Source of the DNA: Callorhinchus milii
Taxonomy: Eukaryota
Length of the DNA stretch: 64,000 bases
Direction: 5' to 3'
NCBI RefSeq assembly: GCF_018977255.1
Contig: NW_024704742.1
Coordinates: 38,070,001-38,134,000 of the forward strand
In this document: one piece after another, positions 35,120 through 48,034 of the stretch
Layout of the letters: every line of letters starts with the position of its first letter
How positions within the stretch are numbered: the first letter of the stretch is position 1
Made by a program: the position numbers and the translations under genes
Notes under the pieces: generated by a model
What the model saw: the letters and a program-made list of their open reading frames with translations, nothing else
The model's database searches: none
What the model was told of the DNA's origin: nothing

Positions 35120-36256
35120 GTAATCTAGATGCCAATTCCAGTATTCAGTGGGTCGGATCAAAAATAAATCCAACTGGCTCAGAAATATTTTTCTTAAAAC
35201 TTGCATTCACTTTCAACAAGTCCCGTCATTGATTTTAATACCTATTTATTTTTATTTTAAAACATTTTTAATGTTTTAAAAACAATGAAAAGTTGGAAAA
35301 AGTCAACATAGATTCCACAAAACCAAAACCCTAATGGGTAGAGCGGTCCTAGCTGAACAAGCAGTGGGGAAAGCTTGTCAGACAGCGACATCAAAGGCAA
35401 ACTGTGCGGTTTTAGCTGGTTAGACTCCAGCAGTACCGTAGTGTGCATTCTGATGTCCTCTTGTCTCTTGCCAACCTGTGCCTAATACTCTCTGGAATTA
35501 GGTAAGCAGGATGCGACTGTCCAGGGAGAGATTGTGCACTCCTTTCCAGACACAGGGAAATTTCCATGTGTAGATGTCATACAAATGTGCTTATTTAACA
35601 TCCACCTGAACATGCAGACAGCAGTTTCCATGCTGTGTCATTTTATGTAACTCACCATCCCTCTTCCCTCCCCCACCCAGTATTGAAACAATCCTTGTTG
35701 ACATCACATTGATCCTCCCATTTCTCAATCTAAAATATAATTTGCTACACTGGGCTTTCAAGGACAAGCTATGCGCTTTTAGCTGGTTAAACTCCAGCAA
35801 TTCCGCAATGCGCATTCTGATAACATAGCACCTTACCAGGTCATTGAGATGTCTCAAAACGCTTCATAGGATTTTACTAAGAGGTGTAGTGATTATAGAT
35901 TGTAGGCAGTCAGTAGTCTCAGCCAATTTGCAAACAGCAATGACCCCAAACAGCCATGGAAGTGGAAAATAGAAGGGAGTTTCAATTATTATGAAGCATG
36001 TTGAGACATTTTAATTTGACAAGGCAAGTTCTGTCTCTTTCTTTTCCCTGCTTCTGTGGAAGTTAAACAACGTTTTTCAAGCACTTATTTTAAACACATT
36101 TCCAAGCTTTTGTATTGCAATGTTTACCGATAAATATTTTCCAATATTGTGTAAACAGTGTTATTCCAAATAGCAATGCATTAAATGCTTCCACCTTTAT
36201 TTGTAGTTACCAGAGAGGAACTGACTTGTGCTGGTGTATGGATCTAAATCTCCCGA

Positions 36257-36574
36257 TAATAATAATAATAATCCTTGCATTTGATATAGCGCTTTTCATG
36301 TCGGGAGGACGTCCCAAAGCGCTTCACAGAACACACTGTAAAGTGAATTGACTGTATATTTGTGGGCGAACGCGGCAGCCAATTGCGCACAGCAATGTCC
36401 CACAAACAGTCGTCGATTGAAAATGACCAATTTATTATTGGTTTTGGAGGGATTATTATTAGGCTCTGTGTGGAGTAAGGAAACTTGCCCAAGGTTTCGC
36501 CCTCTGCCTGGAATTGAACTCAGGTCTCTCGCTTGCAAAGCGAGTGCTCTAACCACTGAGCTACAGGACTCCAC
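36257..36574 (-). mobile_element. Same SINE family, young full-length copy
   Basis: Reverse complement of the 2616-2934 copy with intact CpGs. Confidence 0.93.
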
Positions 36575-37001
36575 TGAGCTACATAGTCCTCTGGCACCTC
36601 ACCTACGTGGCCATTCTTCATGTATGAGTGTTGGCAACCTGCTGAGCCTTATCCTGGGTTCTCATGTGATAACCGGGCTTTTCAACAGTGATTTCTGGAT
36701 AGCCGTTAGGAGCAGGTAGACTTTCAGCCAAAAATAATGAACACATCAAAACACTGAATAACACTAAAGCACCCTTGAATGTGCAATATATCTTATGGAC
36801 CAGAGAAGGAGCTTTTCTCTTGGATGGATTTTCTGTGGTAAAACTAAATAAAGGGGCAATGTGGTTTTACCACAACAATGATGTACATTGCTGTATATCA
36901 CACAAGGGACACAGTCTAATTGGAGCTTTCTCTGCCCCTTGATCTAACATTTGTTTCAATGGGGTTGAAAGTAATGCCTTACCAGTCAGTGCCTCAATAA
37001 G

Positions 37002-37343
37002 AATAATAATAATAATAATCCTTGCATTGAATATAGCGCTTTTCACGTCTTCTAGACGTCTCAAAGTGCTTCATAGAATATACTGTAAAGTGAATTGACT
37101 GTATATTTGTGGGCGAAACGCAGCAGCCAATTGCACACAGCAGTGTCTATCAGTCATTGATTGAGTGACCAAATTATTACTGTTTTTTTTGAGGAATTAT
37201 TATCCCCGGAAAAGCAATCCCAACAATCGATTAACAACTGGGTTCCTACGTGCTGCTAGGTAAACAGAGGTGTGTGGATTAAGGCAACTGCCCAACATTT
37301 TGCCCCGCGGAGGCGAGTGTTCTAACCACTGAGCTACATGACT
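37002..37343 (-). mobile_element. Same SINE family, long variant
   Basis: (AAT)n tail, body and partial head. Confidence 0.87.
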
Positions 37344-37749
37344 CAATGGTAATAAAAAGCACATCACAATGAAACTTTGTCTCCAGCAGGAAACCCCATG
37401 TGCATCGCGCCAATTGGCGAGACCTCAGCTCTGACCTGAGATCACCATGGAGCTGAGGCCCTGTGAGTCTGCATAATGATCATGGGTTTCTTTGCAGGAG
37501 AGAAGGTTTATATGGGTACCTGAAATGGTAGTACCTTTCAACCCTAGTAGACAGAGATGCTAGGAAAGATGCTAAGGGCATGGACAATGGCAGTAAAATA
37601 TTAGGTAGAGCAATACAGAAATGTTAAAGATTTGTTTTCTCTAGGATTGACAGTCACACTGTTTTCCTTCTAACTTCACTAGTTTGCTAGTTTAGCAGGT
37701 GTTTTTTGATGGCAGACGATCGCGTGACTTGTCTCTGTATTATCTGCAG

Positions 37750-38280
37750 GTTTTCAGAAAGTTACCCTGTGAAGGACAGGCTGCAGGTCACAGCAGAAGA
37801 AAGTCAAACAAGGTGGATCCACAGCAATTCCTCTCAGCTCGGTCCCAACCTTCCCGTCACAAACCATGAGCCAGAGACGCTGGCCATTGCGACCATCCCA
37901 CGCGAGAGTAATTCACCACACCCCACGCCTCAGCTACACCAGGACTCGGGAGAATCCTTTATCCCAACCGAAGATCCAGCGGCAGCCGAAGCACAAACCA
38001 CAAAGCAAGAAAATAGAGGAATCATAGGCCAGGTCGAGTCGTCATTCCTGGAAGGGAATCAGAAGTCTCCAGAAGACCTCAAGTCTGAAAAGCTTGCCAA
38101 GGAGATTATCATCAAAGATAAGTCTTTGGCAGATATCTTAGATCCTGACTCCAAAATGAAGACAACCATGGACTTAATGGAGGGCATCTTTCCCCGGGGT
38201 AGCACAGTGCGTCAGGAAGCCCAGCACAGGAGGCCGAGGGTAAAGAAACTGCTCAACAAGTCCGTCTCCGAGGAAGAAAA
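37750..38280 (+). CDS. shroom3: Shroom3 exon, start of ASD2, phase 2-2, 531 bp
   Basis: ctgcag|G...AA|gtaagt. Encodes KSPEDLKSEKLAKEIIIKDKSLADILDPDSKMKTTMDLMEGIFP. Confidence 0.95.
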
Positions 38281-38854
38281 GTAAGTAGCAGAATTTCACG
38301 TAAGATATAAGAGGTGAATATCACTGCAGTGTTGCTGCTAAATAGTTACCATCATGATTGGGTTAGCACAGGGCAGGAACGCACAATATACTGCAGTGTC
38401 GCTAGATAGTGTAGGCAGCACGATTGTGCTAATGTGGCTTAGCAACATGCAGACATTCGCTGTGTTATTTTTCCTCTTTCCCCTGCATTACAAGACATAA
38501 ATGATAATTGTGCTACAATCTGTCTTCCCGTATACTTTATGGAGTAGTCAGAACCAGGGATCTCTACCTTGGCAGCACAAATTTTAGACAAATCAATACA
38601 GACATCTTACCTTTAGGAATTTCCCCATCCCCTGTTGACACATTTACATATTGTCACATTTTTCTATTGCCTCTTCAATGTAATGTAAATGTAATGATCT
38701 TCAGTAGAGTATTGGGCAGGAGTCCAAGTGACTGATATGAAGACCTTGCTGTGGCCATGATAGAGAGTTATAAGAAATACTTTTCTTATATATTGTTAAA
38801 TATATCAAAGCCTCTTTAAAATATTCACTTAATCAAAGTTGCGGCTGTCTATTA

Positions 38855-39260
38855 ACAACAACAACAACAACAACAACAAGATTCCATTTATAAAGCGCCT
38901 TTCACGTCAGGAGGACGTCCCAAGGCGCTGCACAGTTGGGTCATGACTCGAGCAGGGGGGAAATGGTCAGGGTGAGGGGAGGGAAGGGAGGGAGCGAGGA
39001 GGGGGGAAATGGTCAGGGTAAGGGGAGGGAAGGGAGGGAGCGAGGAGGGGGAAGAGAGTCGAGAGGGGAGCCTGAGGCTCGGTCAAAGAGAAAGGTTTTG
39101 AGACCGGCCTTGAAGGAGGAAAGGGAGGAAGCAAGGCGAAGGCACTGGGGATGGAGTTCCAGAGCCTGGGGGCTGAGAGGCTGAAGGCCCGACCATCGAT
39201 GGTAGGGCGGTTGGGGCGGGGGACGTGGAGCAGACCGGAGCCAGAGGAACGGAGGGTACG
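38855..39260 (-). mobile_element. L2 LINE 3' end with (TTG)n tail and a 46-bp internal tandem duplication
   Basis: SSFKAGLKTFLFDRA on the minus strand; (AAC)n at 38855-38879. Confidence 0.85.
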
Positions 39261-39335
39261 GGTAGGTAGGCATTAAAACTGTGTCTTTGAGGATCCCTGC
39301 CTTACCTAGTCATAAACCTATTTATTTTTATTAAG

Positions 39336-39492
39336 GAAAGAGGAAAAGGAGACTGTGACGGCAATGGTTCACTGTCCCACATACTACAGCACATCTGCTC
39401 TCAAAGCTGAGCTGCTGAATAAAGTGAAGGATATGCAGGAAAATGTTACTGAAGAGGATCAGGAGGAAGAGCCAGATGTCAATGAAAAGAAG
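39336..39492 (+). CDS. shroom3: Shroom3 ASD2 exon, phase 2-0, 157 bp
   Basis: ttattaag|G...AAG|gtaact. Encodes KEEKETVTAMVHCPTYYSTSALKAELLNKVKDM...DVNEKK. Confidence 0.93.
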
Positions 39493-40135
39493 GTAACTGC
39501 ATTTCATGTCCCATTTATAGAACTGGATGACCGAGACATACCACTTCCAGTAGGAGAGAAACGCACACCAAAAAATCTGACTTGTATTGCCTGCTCCTCA
39601 TTGCATTAGCCGGGGGCTTTGCAGAACCTTGCACACATGCAGCTCAGCACAAGCTCAGTTATCGCAATAGCAGCCATGAGTCTTTTAATGTCATCAACAA
39701 GGTGGTCACGTTTCCTTTCCCATTAAATTGAGAATATGGTGCAGCATTGACAGATAGGCTCAGTTCTGAGGCTCCCCTCAAATCATTGCCAGATTCTCAA
39801 GGTCCCATGAGTTCAATCACCACTTTGGTTCCTTTTTCTGTTATTCAGACCACTGCCCTGGAAACCATGTAGTGTCATTTCTGGATCTATCACTGGTTGC
39901 TAATATTGTTGCTATTTTTTTTATAATGGGGATTTCACATTACAAACACGTAGATAATAGATTGCTTGCCTTAGAACACTGTATTGTGGCTGTACAGAAT
40001 GGTCTATAGTCAACAAGGTTTAAGCTGGTTTACTACAGGCCAGAACCTTGTAAGATGAAGGTTGAAATCACCCATAAAGAGCAGGCGTTCTGTGCAGGGG
40101 GACAGAGATGAGAGGAGATATCTGCACTGGATGAG

Positions 40136-40997
40136 CCTGGATGAGCGCAAATTTCCTGCAGCTGAATGTCAGCAAGACGGAAGCCATACTTTTTGGCTCC
40201 TGTCAACGTCTTCCCTCCTTTGGGTCTGAACTCTTCAATCTCCCCGGGCTCTCCCTCAGGTTCACCGAATCTGTCTGTGACTTAGGCGTCAGGTTTAATC
40301 CCCAGCTTTCCTTTCTACCTCACATCCATTCCCTGACTAGGACGGCTTTTTTCCTCCTCCATCACATTGCCCACCTCTGTCCGTACCTCACAATCAACAC
40401 AGGCAAAACCCTCTTCCACGGTTTCATCACTTCCCGGCTGGACAATTCCAATGTCCTTCTCGCTTCTCTTCCAACTCCACCATACACAAAATTAATTAAT
40501 ACAAAACTCTGCCACCCGATACTCGCCCGCACAAAACTCCATACCCCCATCACACTAGTCCTTGCCAGGCTCCGCTGGCTCCCAAATACTGAACAGATCA
40601 ATTTCAAGATCCATTCATTTGTTTTCAAATCCCTTCATACTCCAGCACCTCTCCTTCTTATCCGATCTGCTTACCCTCCACTCCACCTCCCCCTGCCTCC
40701 ACTCAGCTGGCTCCGGCATCCTGTCTGTCCCTCGTCCCTCATCCCCTCTGCTCCACCATTGGTTGCCATGCCTTCAGCCACTACGCCTTGAAACTCTGGA
40801 ACTCTCTCCTTCAATCCCTCCGACTTGCCCCCTCCCCACTTTCAAATCCCACCTAAAGACCTTCCTTTTTGATCGTGCTTTTTGATCCCTCCCCCTCCCT
40901 CTCCCCCTGGCTTAGTGTCAGACTCCGCCACTGTCAAGCGTTCCAGGACACTACCCCGCATGAAGGACGCTATATAAATGCAAGTTTTGTTGTTGTT
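40136..40997 (+). mobile_element. L2 LINE 3' fragment
   Basis: WMSANFLQLNVSKTEAILFG, GFITSRLD, LARLRWLP and FKSHLKTFLFDRAF; tail ctatataaatgcaagttttgttgttg. Confidence 0.92.
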
Positions 40998-41119
40998 ATG
41001 AATGAGTCAGCATTCAGAATTGCTAACAGGTTCTGAAAGTAAATTCATTCAAACTTGACTTGCCAATGATTCACTGTATTTAATTTCCATCCATTTCCTC
41101 CTCTTACCTCGTTCTGCAG

Positions 41120-41392
41120 TCTGAGCTAATTGAAAGCATCACATGCAAACTTCAGAACCTAAGGGAAGCCAAGGAGAGCCTGGCAGCCGACATCAAGATG
41201 AACACTGCTTTGGAGGAGGAGGTGGAGGCCCTCATTGGGAACCACTGCAAGTCCAACGAGTTTGAAAAGTACAAGATGTTTGTGGGGGATTTGGACAAGG
41301 TGGTTAACCTGCTGCTGTCCCTCTCTGGACGCCTGGCTCGGGTGGAAAATGTCTTGAAGAATCTCGATGAAAATGCAAATGCAGAAGAACGG
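41120..41392 (+). CDS. shroom3: Shroom3 ASD2 exon, phase 0-0, 273 bp
   Basis: ttctgcag|TCT...CGG|gtaagg. Encodes [18 protein letters not shown]...[29 protein letters not shown]. Confidence 0.97.
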
Positions 41393-42459
41393 GTAAGGAA
41401 TTGGGTAGTTTCTTGATTATGGTGGCTTGGTTCAGATTTTACCTGCAAGTGTGGTAAACGAAGACGCCAATATTATTTGACATTGAATGAGGGAAACGGA
41501 ACATCATTGATAATTCTGGTTTGAAATGGTCAATGAAATTGCTTCTTCAGTGAAAAAAGATATGTTCTTCTGGTGTGCAAAGAATGCAAACGCACCATTT
41601 GGTATAGTCCTGAGATGTACAAAAACAGTTAGAACCCAGCTTTGATCCTTTAAACCTGCTGGACCAGGGTTATGCCCTCACCCAACAAATGCACACCAAT
41701 CCTTTCAGCAAAAGAATAGTGGTAATCCCAGACTAGATTTCAACCCCCTCCCATTATTCAATCATCCCAGCAACTCTTTGTCCAACCGCCTCGTCCAACC
41801 ATTCCCTCAACCATCTCGTACACCAGCCATTCTTCATGTGTAAGCCCAAACTGATAGAATTCATAATATGGCTCATGGTCCATTAGTAGCCATCTCTCTT
41901 TCATCAGTTAGTTGCTTTCCATATACCTCCTATCCCATGTGCTTCTGAACCTATTCATGGCCCTCACTGCCATGAGATATTAGCTTGATCCTGCCCTCAC
42001 CCACCATCTGTACACCTAACCTTCCAGCAGGAGGGCCTCCCCTCCGCAAGGTAGTCAGGAGTAGTAATCCTGGAGCTGACTTCCCCCCGCGCCCCCACCC
42101 CGCCCGACCCTTAACCTTCTGGTCTCATTGCCCAGCTTTTCCCTATGGTGGGAGAAGTCAACTAATGGTCCATTAATTTACCATTAATACATTAACGTTC
42201 TGGATTCCCCCTCAAGAGTGAATGGTTTCTCTGTCGCTACCCTATCTAATTCCTTTATCATTTTAAATAACAGCAATAACAACTTGCATTTATATAGTGC
42301 CCTCCACACGGGATAACGTCCCAGAGCGTTTCCTCAAAATACCTCAAATTTCCTCAAAATCAGATCACCCCTCAACCTTTTAAACCTCTTGAAAGTGTAA
42401 AAGGAGCCCCTCCAGGGTTGAGTGTCAAGTGTCCTGATGCCTCGCTCCTGTTGTTTCAG

Positions 42460-42780
42460 AACTCGCTGAATGAGAAGCGTAAACTCCTGCTGGGCCAACA
42501 CGAGGACGCCAAGGAGCTGAAGGAAAACCTGGACCGAAGGGCACGGCTGGTGCTGGAGATTCTGGGAAACTACCTGATGGAGGAGCAGCTGCGAGACTAT
42601 CAGCACTTTGTGAAGATGAAGGCAGCTTTGCTGATGGAGCAGCGTGAGCTGGATGACAAAATCAAGCTGGGCGAGGAGCAGCTCAAGTGCTTGAGGGAGA
42701 GCCTCCCCACCGACTTTGTGCGGCAAAGGACAGCAACCCAGCCCAGCGGCCACTCTGCAGCCACCCCTTCGGCACTCTAA
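42460..42780 (+). CDS. shroom3: Shroom3 last coding exon (C-terminal ASD2) to TAA stop
   Basis: gtttcag|AAC. Encodes [16 protein letters not shown]...[37 protein letters not shown], with the stop at 42778-42780. Confidence 0.97.
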   Translation, partial: NSLNEKRKLLLGQHEDAKELKENLDRRARLVLEILGNYLMEEQLRDYQHFVKMKAALLMEQRELDDKIKLGEEQLKCLRESLPTDFVRQRTATQPSGHSAATPSAL

Positions 42781-44460
42781 AGAGAGAATGCAAGGACTTT
42801 CAGCAAGTTAGCAGTTAATAGTGCTCTTCGGGCTAGAGTGAAGAGACATTGTGACGGAAAGGGGGGAAATGGGAAAAACGGCTACGAGTGACGAGACTGA
42901 GAGAACGGAGCCAGCATCGTTGTTGTTTGATGGACAGAAAACACTCCTCGCAAAGAGCCTGATACAGGGGGAACACTCGTGAGGAAACAAAAGTGGACTC
43001 ACAACACTATCTTCTTTTTTNATAAAGCAATTCGTTAAAACTCTCACCAGGGAGGGCTGTGCAAAAAGTCCTTACCAGGAACGTATTTTTAAAGACAATG
43101 GGGATTAGGCGGTTGGGAGAGAGAGAAGTATTTTGTAGCCTTATTAATAATACCAGAGAATTAGTACTATTTATAATCTGGAAGCGTGAGTTTCTGTACA
43201 TACGTTAATCTTCTGTGGTTTTGCTTTATTGCAATGGGGGAATCAAATTTTGTAAGAAAGAAACTTTTGAAAAGCAAATGTGATGTTGCAGGAGTGATTC
43301 CAATCCTATGAACTTGGAGGGGGGGGGTTATAAATAATAGACTACTTCACTTCCAGATTGGTTGGACTATTGAACGCAGCTGGATTTGGGGAAGTGGCAC
43401 AATTGGGGATTGATCATGTTGGCAGTTTGAAAGGACTTATAAAGCAGCCATTGGATGAGGGACCGGTGTTCATTTCTCATAGTGTACAGTCCAACTTTGA
43501 TTGACTGTCACTCTTCAGACTGATGTTTATAAACTTATGGAATCTGCACATTTTCCCCCATTGATATCTGTAGGAGAGTTTTATGTGTTGGCTAATGTCC
43601 CACAAAGGTGACAAACATGAGTACGCGAGTGACCATTGCAGAAGGACTTTCATGCTTATGTGGTCCCATAAGCCTACCCGTGGCTTGGAGCTGTTGAAAT
43701 TGGAGTCTATAGACTTGTTGGAGTAAAGCTCGAATGAGGCTTTGACTTTTTTTTGCTGAAATGGCTCCGTCAATGAAGGAAATCAAAATGATTATAAGAG
43801 ACAACTGGTGCATGCTTGATTTCCGAGAAGCCAGACCTCTGAGGTTTGGGAATGCAGTTTACAGTGCAGAAGTGCACTGCTCCTCCCATGGAGCTCTATT
43901 CACGTAGGCTTGGTGGTTCAGCCAGACATCGGGTTAACATAAAACCTCCGGCTTTTTCCGATGCTTGCCTTGTGCTTCTTAAATATTCACTTCACGAACT
44001 TGACACTGACAACCGTGCAGACGTTGCACACGAAAACACTGCTGCGCGTAAACACTAAATGTCCCGAAGGTCCGACTCTGGCGCAAGGATGTGGAAGAAG
44101 CCTCACGTCTCCGCCTCCGATACACCTGCAATTCACAAAGCTAGACTGACGTGTGTTTCGTGACCCCAGGTCATCCGTGCATTGACTCCAGGGTACCGGC
44201 TCTATGTTCACGCACTGCTTGGTTGATGGCTGTGTGATGTTCTGTAGCTGGGATCTGAAAGCACACAGCATTGATTCTCACAGACAGCACTGTACGAGCA
44301 GTTTGTAATAAAAAAAATCAATGAACAAGAGGGGCATTACTCTTCCTCAAACGGCGGAATGTTAAACGGGAATTGCTGTTCTCACACAGATATCCTCATG
44401 TTGGAGCTTGTAAACCACTTACTGCTGCAGACAATAAAAGTCATGTGTGGCTGTCCACAC
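42781..44460 (+). other. shroom3: shroom3 3' UTR (approximate end)
   Basis: Transposon-free stretch after the stop codon that ends at AATAAA signals; repeats resume at about 44530. Confidence 0.65.
44433..44438 (+). terminator. Polyadenylation signal (alternative AATAAA at 44307-44312)
   Basis: AATAAA followed by GT/T-rich downstream sequence (gtcatgtgtgg...gtttcttttgt...tgtctgtgtgtt). Confidence 0.6.
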
Positions 44461-44699
44461 TCGATTGCGTTTCTTTTGTATAACTGTCTGTGTGTTATAT
44501 ACAGGAGCAAAATCCATATTGGCCCTCAAAAAAAAACATTACATTTGTATAGCGCCTTTCACGTCACTAGCCGGGTACCTTAAAGAGAGACAGCTACGTG
44601 GGTGTGGGAAAAGGGCAGGGAAATGGGTCTGAAATGATTGCTCTTGAGGAAACTGACACAGTTTTGATGGGCTGAATGTGCTGTACATTTCTGTGTTTC

Positions 44700-45671
44700 T
44701 ACATGGTTTTCCACATGTATGTGGATGATACCCAACTGTATCTCTCTGCCTCCACCCTTGACTCCAGGATCACTGTCCCCACCCTCTGTCAGACATCACT
44801 GTCACCACTCTCTCCTGGATGAGAGTTAACTTTCTTCAGTTGAACGTCAACAAGGCCGAAGCTCTCCTGATTGGCTCCTGTCAGCGCCTCCTCACCTCAG
44901 GCGCTGACAGCCTCACCATCCACGGTTGCTCACTCCACCTTACTAAGCCAGTCCGGAACCTTGGTGTTTTATTTAAACCTCGACTATCCTTTCTACCCAC
45001 ATTCATGCCATGACCCGCTCTGCCTTCCAACTCTGCAATATCGCCCGGCTCCACCACTGTCTCACACCGCAGGCCGCCCAAACCCTCATATATGCTTTCA
45101 TTACATTGTGGCTCGACTATGCAAACTCCCTGCTTGTCGGCCTCCCCAACTCCTCCCTCCATAGGCTGCAGATCATCCAGAACTCTGCAGCCCATGTCCT
45201 CTCCCGCACCAGGCTCCGTGACCCCATCACCCCCATCCTCACCCGACTCCACTGGCTTCTCATCACACAGAGGATACAATTCAAGATTCTAGTCCTCACC
45301 TTCAAAGCCCTCCCTGGCCTTGCTCCCCCCTACCTCTGCGACCTCCTAATCGTCTACCAACCTGTCCGCTCCCTCCGCTCAGCAGGTTCCAGCCTGCTTT
45401 ATGTCCCCCACCTCGCCTGTCCCACTATTGGCAGGCGGGCCTTCAGCCACTCTGTCCCTACCCTGTGGAACTCCATTCCACAGTCCCTCCGCCTCGCCCC
45501 CTCCTTTGCCTCCTTCAAGATCCTCCTCTTCGACCGTGCTTTCAATCACCCTCCTTCCCCCCCCAATCCCGACCCCCAGCTCGGGTCCGAAACACTGACT
45601 GTCCAGCACCTTGGAACGTCCTACCGACGTGAAAGGCGCTATAAAAATGTAATTTTGTTGTTATCGTCGTC
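44700..45671 (+). mobile_element. L2 LINE 3' fragment including the RT YVDDTQLY motif
   Basis: catgtatgtggatgatacccaactgtat (HMYVDDTQLY), NFLQLNVNK, LQIIQNSAA and LHWL; L2 tail present. Confidence 0.93.
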
Positions 45672-47691
45672 TTGAAGAACACTGTAGAAATTGCCAAGAC
45701 AAGGGCTTACATGGCTCAAACTGGAGTGGGGGAAGGCAGTTAAATAGCATGGAATAGTCTATGCCAATTTTTCTACTCAGTACTCCCCTTCCCCCTACCT
45801 CCCACCACACCCACACCTTCTATTTCCCTCTCTTATACCCTTCTATTCCCTTCTTCTTGTATGCCTCAAGTTTGCTCTTAAATACAATGATGCTTTTTTC
45901 TTCAACCACAGCTTCTGACAGTGAATTCCATATTCTCACCACCCTCTATGTGAAGATGTTTCTCAGCTGTACCTTACTTCCCTCATATTAAATGATAAAC
46001 GGTAATATTACATGTTTTCTCCCTCTGCTTTCTGTAACCACCCCAGATTTCCTCACCACCGATTAAAGACCTTTCTATTTGACTGAACTTTTGGTCACCT
46101 CTCCCCTCCCCACCACCCCCTTCCTCAGCTTCCACCCCTTCGGGCTTCCAGTCAGCTCTGTGAAGCATTTTGAGGCATTCTTTTAACAAGATGTAAATCA
46201 GTGTAATTTGATGTGGTATTTGCCACTAATTAGATGTGTGCAGTACCAAACAATTTCATAAGCTTAACCAAATTGTCTCAGTGATTTCAGAGGTGCTTTT
46301 TAGCTTGTTTAAGCTGTTGCTTTGCACTTGCCACTTCTTTTTTGAATCGGCTTGTGACCTGGTTTGCTCCAAATACCCTTTCTTCCACATAGCTTGTCCC
46401 TTGCCTTGCCTGACTGATGCACTGGACCTTGTTGGAGGAGTTATTGGAACGTTTAAACTTCTGAGCCGAGCCTTCCTTTTAGTGCCTATGAAAGAAACAG
46501 CTCTTCACAACATCATGTGTTTGTGTGTGGTGTGACCTGGCAGTCACACAGCTCAATGTCACCAGGACCATTTGCAAGTTGAATGACGGTAATACAAAGG
46601 GGAGGAGGTGCTTGCCACCCCCGGAGTATCATTCCATCCCTCCTGCCTCTCTGTTTGGGAGCAAGGCCAGTAGACTAGTGTTGGAGAAGTCTCTCCAAGT
46701 CTGTGGACCAACAATAAATCACAGGGTCTATGAAGCAGCCTGGTCGATTGTAAGCCTCAGCTCTGCCTGCCGCCCCCTGAACTCTCGTTGCCTCCTTCCT
46801 GAGGTCATTCCGAAGTCACCATCCCAGCTGAAGCACCGACAGACAATGGTGAGCATAGAAAAGTTAGGCAAGGACGTGTTCTTCAGGGTTTAAAGGATAA
46901 AAAGATCTGCTTCCAATGCCACTGTAACCCACACAACACCCACAGGAAGCTGCCTGGAATTGCAATGCTGGGCAGAATGAATTGACACGATTGATGGATT
47001 TCAGAAGAAAACAGTTTGTACGTTTATCGTCGTATTGAACAAGTGGATTTGAGGTTCAGCTGCTGCATTTCATTTTGTAATCATTTTCAGTCACTTCAGT
47101 TTGTTGCGCTGAAAAATGGATCTTCAACAAACTGCTTGCTGCTATTTATTAATCATTTTGGTGAAGTTCTGTAGGAGGAGGGACGTGACAGTATTGAAGA
47201 AGGATAGAAAGGAGTGGTGGTGGCGGGGGGGTGTGGGGGCGAGGGGCACGAGGACTAAAAAGGAGGGAGTTCCACGAGGTTGGAGTTGACATCTGGGATG
47301 TTGATGGAATGAATGTGTAGCAATGTACTCAGTTTGGTTAATTGTGTGATTTGAAATCTTGCTGTTACACAGAACTGTACGTTAGTCGTGTAGAACCTTT
47401 TGGGCACAACCAGAAAATCTGGAAGCTGGTTCCTCCTCTTCACAACCTAATGCCCTCAAATAGCCTATTGATTCGTCCCCATGATAGATATCTCCCCCGA
47501 CACTGGGCAAACTGCAAACTCTGCTCTTATTTATAAATCTACCAACAGAATCCAATTAGAACAATTTCCAACAGACTCCTTTCCCTCTGCTGTTTTCAGC
47601 CATGTACTTTACAAAGCTCTTTAATAACCCCCTGGGCTCGGGCTCACAATCTGCTAACACCAGCCTCGCTAGATTCACTGACTGAATCAAA

Positions 47692-47885
47692 AATAATAAT
47701 AATCATCCTTGCATTTGATATAGCGCCTTATCACCTCTTCGAGAGTCTCAAAGCGCTTCACAGAATATACTGTAAAGTGAATTGACTATATTTTGTGGTG
47801 AAAAGCGGCAAGCAATGGCACACAGCAGCGTCCCACAAACAGTCGTGGATTGAGTGACCAAATTCGTTTTTTTTGATGGAATTAT
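47692..47885 (-). mobile_element. Same SINE family, 3' half
   Basis: aataatcatccttgcatttgatatagcgc...cccacaaacagtcg. Confidence 0.85.
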
Positions 47886-48034
47886 TTATTCAGCTTCTTG
47901 TAGGACTGAGCTGGGCAGACTAGAAGGGTCTAGGTTTGAATCACGGGTGAAAGAGCCTTTCGGCTTATTTGATCATATCCTTCCAGAATACCCACTCTAC
48001 CACCCTCCCATTATAGCATCAAATTCAACCTATT

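Noticed and set aside
23430..42780. Assignment as shroom2 or shroom4
   Set aside because: MMQISQG, YDHGYLRRSPDQ, QADIKYVKTVYD and ALADYIHRKTGKRP match recalled Shroom3, not the paralogues.
45010..45675. 221-aa ORF as a host gene
   Set aside because: It is the L2 ORF2 C-terminus within a truncated, frameshifted copy.
46525..46893. 122-aa ORF
   Set aside because: GTG start, no recognisable homology, and a length compatible with chance.
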